Below are positions 41,901-45,401 of a stretch of 45,401 bases of DNA, in pieces. The position numbers and the translations under genes were made by a program. Numbering within the stretch: position 1 is the stretch's first letter; each line of letters starts with the position of its first letter. Below the pieces are notes generated by a model that did no database searches, was not told the DNA's origin, and saw only the letters and a list, made by a program, of their open reading frames with translations. The DNA lies in IMG/VR virus record IMGVR_UViG_3300045988_114473. One strand, 5' to 3'. Origin of the DNA: a virus.

Positions 41901-44675
41901 GATAAGATTTTCGTGGAAATTTACGGTGAAGCCGCCACGCCCGCGGGCATTGCGCGCTTGGCTACGAACGCCGTTTACAACGGAACTCGAATCTTGATGC
42001 TCGCTACGGAGTTTAAGGCGCTCAAAAAGATCAACAGTCCCGTTCGCTCGCTCGTGTCTGCGACCAGAGCGTTTGCCAAGGACATTCTGTCCGGCCGCAA
42101 GGCGCTTTCGCTCAAGCCCAGAAAGTATCAGCAGGCCGCTGTTCGTGCGAGAAAGGCGGCGGATCGTGCTCTTGCCAAGGGCAATTTAGAGGTGGCCGCC
42201 GAGTATACGCGCGCCGAAATGCTGCAGACTGCGATGGCAAACGCTGCGGCGCGCACGTTAAAGCGCATCGACCAATTCCACAAGCGTCTTAAGAACGCCA
42301 CCAAGAGCAAAACCATTGACTTTGCGCACCGCGACCAACTCATAAACATCGCCGTGCAGTATGGCTTTATTTCCTCAAAGCGTCTTAAGACTGTTGCCGC
42401 ACCGTCCTTGTCTGAGTTTCTGAAGGCCAACGGGTATGACGCGGAGCTCGGCATGGACAGCGTTCCGACAGGCGTTACGGCGGACGACCTCACGGTCGAG
42501 CAGTACGAGCAGATGATGGACGTTGTGGATATGCTCATCGCTCGTGGAAGAGCAAAGCGTACGGCGGACAAGTCGCAGGCCAAGGGTTCCGTAAACCAGA
42601 GAAAGGTTGAGCTGAACAACACGGCCAAGGCCAGCGCTGAAAGCATGGGCCGTGAGGCTCGCAAGGCCGTAGTCACAGAAACCCGTCCGTGGATGAAGGC
42701 CAAGGACACGTTCGTTGGTTTCTTCCATACGCACATCAAAATGTCAACGTGGGCGCGTATCCTCGACGGCAACAAGTTCGGTGCTTGGTTCGAGTACATC
42801 ATCAAGCCCGCAAACAAGTTGTCCGACAAGGAGACGAAGTGGAACTCCGAGTTGACGAAGAAGCTCGACGACATTCTCCAGCCGTTCTTCGAGGGAAACC
42901 CCAACGGCGATTGGGTCGAGATCGACGGCGTTCGCTACAACCTTCAGCAGCGCTTCGTCATCGCGCTCAACGCGGGCAACGAGGTGAACCTGCAGCGCGT
43001 CATGGACGGCAACGGGTTTACGCGGGAACAGATCGGAAAGATCATGGCGTCCTTGACCGACGGACAGCTTGCCGCTGTACAGCGTATCTGGGATTTGTTC
43101 GAATCGCTTCGTCCCGAGATCGCAAAGCTTGAATACAAGCTAAACGGTAAAGAGCCGAATTGGACGGAGCCCGTACCCATCGAGGTGGAGCGTCCTGACG
43201 GCAGTAAGGTCACGCTTCGCGGCGGTCACTATCCGATAACCTACGACTACACGTCCCCGGGCGCGGCGTCGTCGGCCATTGCTCGTGATATGGAGAATGC
43301 GGAGAAAGCGGCGCTTGAGGGCGGACACACGGGAACCACGACAACCCGCACGTACACGAAGGACAGAAGCGACAAGGGCTTGGGTATCCCCGTAAGCACG
43401 GCGTTGGAGCCCCTGTTCTCGAAGCTGCAGGAAGTCGTGCATGACCTTACGTGGCGTGAGTTCTTGCTCGATATGCAGAGACTTCGTGCAGACTCCAAGG
43501 CAGAGGACGGGACCGTGATTCCCGGCATTACGTCCACGATCTCGGCATACTACGGTGCATCGGCCGCCAAGCAGTTTGACGCATGGCTTCAGAACATCGC
43601 ATACGGGAACAGACGGCCCCCGTCCGGCTCCCTCGATCAGTTCGCAAGCCGATTGCGCAGAGGCGTGTCGATCTCCGGCCTTGGCTTCAACATCGTGTCG
43701 GCGGCAGTACAGATCACGGGCTTGATCCCTGCGATGACCCGTTTGGGTGTGGGCGGAGTGGCTTCGGCTGTGTCCGACTACTTCGGCAATGTACGGGATA
43801 ACACCGTATCCATTGCCGCAAAGTCTGACTTCATGGCGAACCGTGCGCGTACGTTCCTGCGAGAACTCGATGAGATCAACAACCGAATCGAGGGCGGGCA
43901 GAGCAAAGCGGCCAAGGCGCTTCGCGGACTTCAGGATTCGGCCTATGTGTTTATGGCGTTTGTCCAGAACCACGTCGATCGTATCGTTTGGCTTGGAGCG
44001 TACAAGAAGGCAACGCTCGAAGGTCTGAGTGAAGAAGACTGCGTGGCACGAGCCGATCAGACGGTGAGAGACACGCAGGGCACCGGTCTGCTTGCGGATA
44101 TGTCCGCCGCGGAAATGGGTTCTCTGGCAAAGCTCTTCACGTCGTTCTACTCGTTTATGAACACGGCGTACAATCTGAACGCGGCTGCGCTCTTAGGCGA
44201 GAAGGATCGGTACAAGGCGGCGGGCAACATCCTGACCGTATCGGTAGCCTTGCCTATTATCGAAGGTTTTCTCCGTGCGGCTCTGGCTCCCGGAAGCGAT
44301 GACGACGATGACAAGGAGTGGACGAAGTACGCGCGCGAAGCCGCAGGCAACGTCGTGAACTTCAACCTCGGTCTTCTCGTGTTCACGCGAGAGATGTCGA
44401 GCATGGCGGGCAATTTCGTTGCGGGAGAACCCGTGTTCACTTGGCGCGGTCCGTCGAGCCTTCGCGTGATCTCGGACGTCGGACAGGTCATCAGTCAGTC
44501 TGCGCGGGGCGAGTTCGACAAGGCTTTGGTCAAGTCGATCGTCAACGCGGCGGGCGCTACGTTCGCTTTGCCTGCGGCGCAGGTCAACCGAGCCATCGAC
44601 GGTTTCGATGCGTTGATCGTCGAAGAGAAGACGAACGACCCGACTGTTCTGATCCGAGGCTACAAGGAAAACTAA
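38961..44675 (+). CDS. Giant virion-associated protein (1904 aa) with a zincin HExxH motif, a putative ejection or polyvalent protein
   Basis: GGGGAG Shine-Dalgarno. HEMAH lies at aa 672-676 (nt 40974-40988) in the context VRTFTHEMAHFWLESL. Several hydrophobic segments occur near the C-terminus. Confidence 0.6.
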   Translation: MFEDDTLSEIIKADVMASVRENAIRNVGVNPDQEAELQRKADTLGISPAEARVVTPVELDKMLAERFVANLDLPLATRKLLANDQLSRLVATTPQAYESLSTVDQLVSRFGKGLAQDTVSDAYRYVDGAEEPLAAYDVDAEEGADFTFLKKWAARADSPLMQDIQDRIRESSYEIASANYDLRQYATPAAMQEIAEAETVGEALGVALSNPVDVILGTGLESIGAMGMTLPITAAAYAVNPALGALSMGIASAGVEYGSSLNESLIEAGVDVTDPAALRKALNDPVLMQDAVSKATKRSSAVGSFDTLAGFIAPVRLSPATSAIAAVKAAKGRLTGTGLTAAQARKDIARTPLQQELENVVSQMVVGGALGGAGEAAGQLSAEGKITSISDIVLESIADLATAPMDVLVARADARKFATREKVRAVTAQQDAQVLMEVLAQSKTNELNQRAPQAYQQFLNDAAEGRGIGTLSASVQTLKELGVYEALLEAAPNLRPQAALAEATGGDLDIRLGDLSALNDASPDAANKVVSVVRTKPDGMSLLEAQEFDAEAGAQLSETAQRLMQEEADAMVVDAGLRSQVNRAAKEIERAANAYFDPEQAKAATTLQKSIIYSLSKRLGIAPKDLLTLNGNKLTFDIAARMHGLKGVRGRYAPGTNTVQVFKTGDVRTFTHEMAHFWLESLASIAQGLYANGTQATPEMQMTLDALDGVITWLGGKGDTAQARLEDFRSFGGDKLKNAHEKFAEGFETYITKGEAPSMSLVRAFEMMKQWIKDSWKFFGITREELSPEVLGFYDTLFFADQEAANAAAGSYRLSKERSAILKESLTPEEYAAYMSAQEAYIGEASTEVGVAVAENKKLINSRREREARGIEAEYKNILKEETEKVRASRPYQTLAALTASKNREDGIHFKIEAASAKAMLTPEAYEFALARGWLRRQGQNMLSAADAAELLGYTTPQELVDEAISAFNTPPETLAKPNADKIFVEIYGEAATPAGIARLATNAVYNGTRILMLATEFKALKKINSPVRSLVSATRAFAKDILSGRKALSLKPRKYQQAAVRARKAADRALAKGNLEVAAEYTRAEMLQTAMANAAARTLKRIDQFHKRLKNATKSKTIDFAHRDQLINIAVQYGFISSKRLKTVAAPSLSEFLKANGYDAELGMDSVPTGVTADDLTVEQYEQMMDVVDMLIARGRAKRTADKSQAKGSVNQRKVELNNTAKASAESMGREARKAVVTETRPWMKAKDTFVGFFHTHIKMSTWARILDGNKFGAWFEYIIKPANKLSDKETKWNSELTKKLDDILQPFFEGNPNGDWVEIDGVRYNLQQRFVIALNAGNEVNLQRVMDGNGFTREQIGKIMASLTDGQLAAVQRIWDLFESLRPEIAKLEYKLNGKEPNWTEPVPIEVERPDGSKVTLRGGHYPITYDYTSPGAASSAIARDMENAEKAALEGGHTGTTTTRTYTKDRSDKGLGIPVSTALEPLFSKLQEVVHDLTWREFLLDMQRLRADSKAEDGTVIPGITSTISAYYGASAAKQFDAWLQNIAYGNRRPPSGSLDQFASRLRRGVSISGLGFNIVSAAVQITGLIPAMTRLGVGGVASAVSDYFGNVRDNTVSIAAKSDFMANRARTFLRELDEINNRIEGGQSKAAKALRGLQDSAYVFMAFVQNHVDRIVWLGAYKKATLEGLSEEDCVARADQTVRDTQGTGLLADMSAAEMGSLAKLFTSFYSFMNTAYNLNAAALLGEKDRYKAAGNILTVSVALPIIEGFLRAALAPGSDDDDDKEWTKYAREAAGNVVNFNLGLLVFTREMSSMAGNFVAGEPVFTWRGPSSLRVISDVGQVISQSARGEFDKALVKSIVNAAGATFALPAAQVNRAIDGFDALIVEEKTNDPTVLIRGYKEN

Positions 44676-44689
44676 AATAGAGTAGAATC

Positions 44690-44725
44690 TCCCCTAGGGT
44701 TAACCATAACACTAGGGGAATTTTT
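44690..44725 (+). terminator. Hairpin plus T-run between the giant gene and the tail fibre gene
   Basis: tcccctag-n14-ctagggga followed by attttt. The 3' arm contains the only Shine-Dalgarno-like sequence for the fibre gene. Confidence 0.45.
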
Positions 44726-44726
44726 C

Positions 44727-45401
44727 ATGTCTATGCCTGACGCGGGACGCCGGTCTTCCGTCTATGTCGGCACGGGATCGGTACGCGAGTTCTCCTTCGC
44801 CTTTAAGATTTTTGCGGAGGAGCAGGTAGCCGTATACCGTTTGCGCGATGGAGCGGAGCAAGAAGAGCTAGTCCCCACCACCGAATACTCCGTGTCGCTT
44901 GAGGAAATCGGCGGCACGGTTGCTTTCACGACGGCTCCCGCACAGGGAGACAAGATCGTTATTGTCTCTGCGATTGAATACACGCAGGGCCTCGGCCTCA
45001 ACAACTTCGGTGCGTTCAACCCGAGCGACCTTACCGATGCTTGGGATAAGAACACGGCGCTCATTCAGCAGGTAGCTGACATGGCCGAGCGATCCGTGCA
45101 GATGCCGAACACGTCTTCGGAGAATCCCGAAGCGTTTACCAAGTCGCTGTTCGCCGCGCGTGATGAAGCTGTTTCTGCCGCAGGCGTTGCAAGCGGAGCC
45201 GCTTCTGCCGCAGGCAGCTCGGCTTCTTCGGCCGCATCCTCTGCCGCTTCTGCCGCTGCGTCGGCGGAAAGCGCCGGAACGTCCGAAACGAACGCCAAGG
45301 CTTCTGAGACGAACGCCAAGGCTTCTGAGACGAATGCCAAGACTTCTGAGACGAACGCCAAGACTTCTGAGACGAACGCCAAGACTTCTGAGACGAACGC
45401 C
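44727..45401 (+). CDS. Tail fibre protein, N-terminal part (3'-partial here; continues at nt 56 after removing the 55-nt overlap, about 455 aa in total)
   Basis: The frame is open to the window end. The N-terminal domain resembles podovirus fibre anchors (SVYVGTGSVREFSFAFKIF...APAQGDKIVIVSAIEYTQ), followed by Ala/Ser-rich and SETNAK heptads. Confidence 0.85.
   Translation, partial: MSMPDAGRRSSVYVGTGSVREFSFAFKIFAEEQVAVYRLRDGAEQEELVPTTEYSVSLEEIGGTVAFTTAPAQGDKIVIVSAIEYTQGLGLNNFGAFNPSDLTDAWDKNTALIQQVADMAERSVQMPNTSSENPEAFTKSLFAARDEAVSAAGVASGAASAAGSSASSAASSAASAAASAESAGTSETNAKASETNAKASETNAKTSETNAKTSETNAKTSETNA
45282..45401 (+). repeat. 21-bp tandem repeat (about 5.7 copies here, continuing into nt 1-60) encoding (S/T)SETNAK(A/T) heptads
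   Basis: tctgagacgaacgccaag(g/a)ct units with a few substitutions. Confidence 0.9.

Noticed and set aside
38961-44675. The giant protein as an N4-like virion RNA polymerase that would recognise the many hairpins as promoters.
   Set aside because: I could not find single-subunit RNAP motifs (D..S..Q/ RK..K..YG / HDS-type) or a DxDGD motif by eye. The protein is also about half the size of N4 vRNAP. A profile search is still worthwhile.
45347-45401. A biological direct terminal repeat (T7-like DTR).
   Set aside because: The repeat is only 55 nt, exactly identical, located inside a coding tandem repeat, and restores an intact ORF when merged. That is the behaviour of an assembler k-mer overlap on a circular or permuted genome.

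Overview
The window is one complete, circularly closed dsDNA phage genome. Its first 55 nt are identical to its last 55 nt, leaving about 45,346 unique bp. The genome is GC-rich by eye and has a podovirus-like virion module.

I read four transcription blocks.
1. Plus strand, 24778 across the junction to 5434: terS, terL, a GNAT, a T7-type portal, scaffold, major capsid, a decoration protein, tail tubular-like proteins, three internal or ejection proteins (one is 1904 aa with an HExxH motif), a multi-gene tail-fibre locus, and a lysis cassette. The fibre locus has two collagen-like fibres, a Kelch-repeat protein and an XkdX-like protein. The lysis cassette has a holin, an M15 endolysin and an embedded Rz/Rz1-type spanin pair, which implies a diderm host.
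2. Minus strand, 17957 to 5467: an AT-hook repeat protein, a DUF2800-like nuclease, a DUF2815-like SSB, a family A DNA polymerase, a VRR-NUC nuclease, an SNF2 helicase, a DUF3310 protein, dUTPase, a HAD phosphatase, an HTH protein and ThyX.
3. Plus strand, 18110 to 20550: a small HTH regulator and a prim-pol/VirE primase-helicase.
4. Minus strand, 23726 to 20593: nine small genes of unknown function separated by conserved hairpins.

I saw no integrase, tRNA, CRISPR array or reverse transcriptase.

The strongest signals are:
- The DNA polymerase gene carries two inteins. The second has an HNH-type homing-endonuclease ORF overprinted in a different reading frame, while the polymerase frame stays open across it.
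- A family of stop-codon-anchored structured RNA elements lies between the early genes.
- A 320-bp terS-terL spacer holds three tandem units that look like minus-strand sRNA or terminator units.
- A roughly 1-kb repeat-dense non-coding control region (23727-24777) contains an inverted-repeat-flanked, iteron-bearing, AT-rich element.

All family names come from motif recognition by eye. No database search was run.
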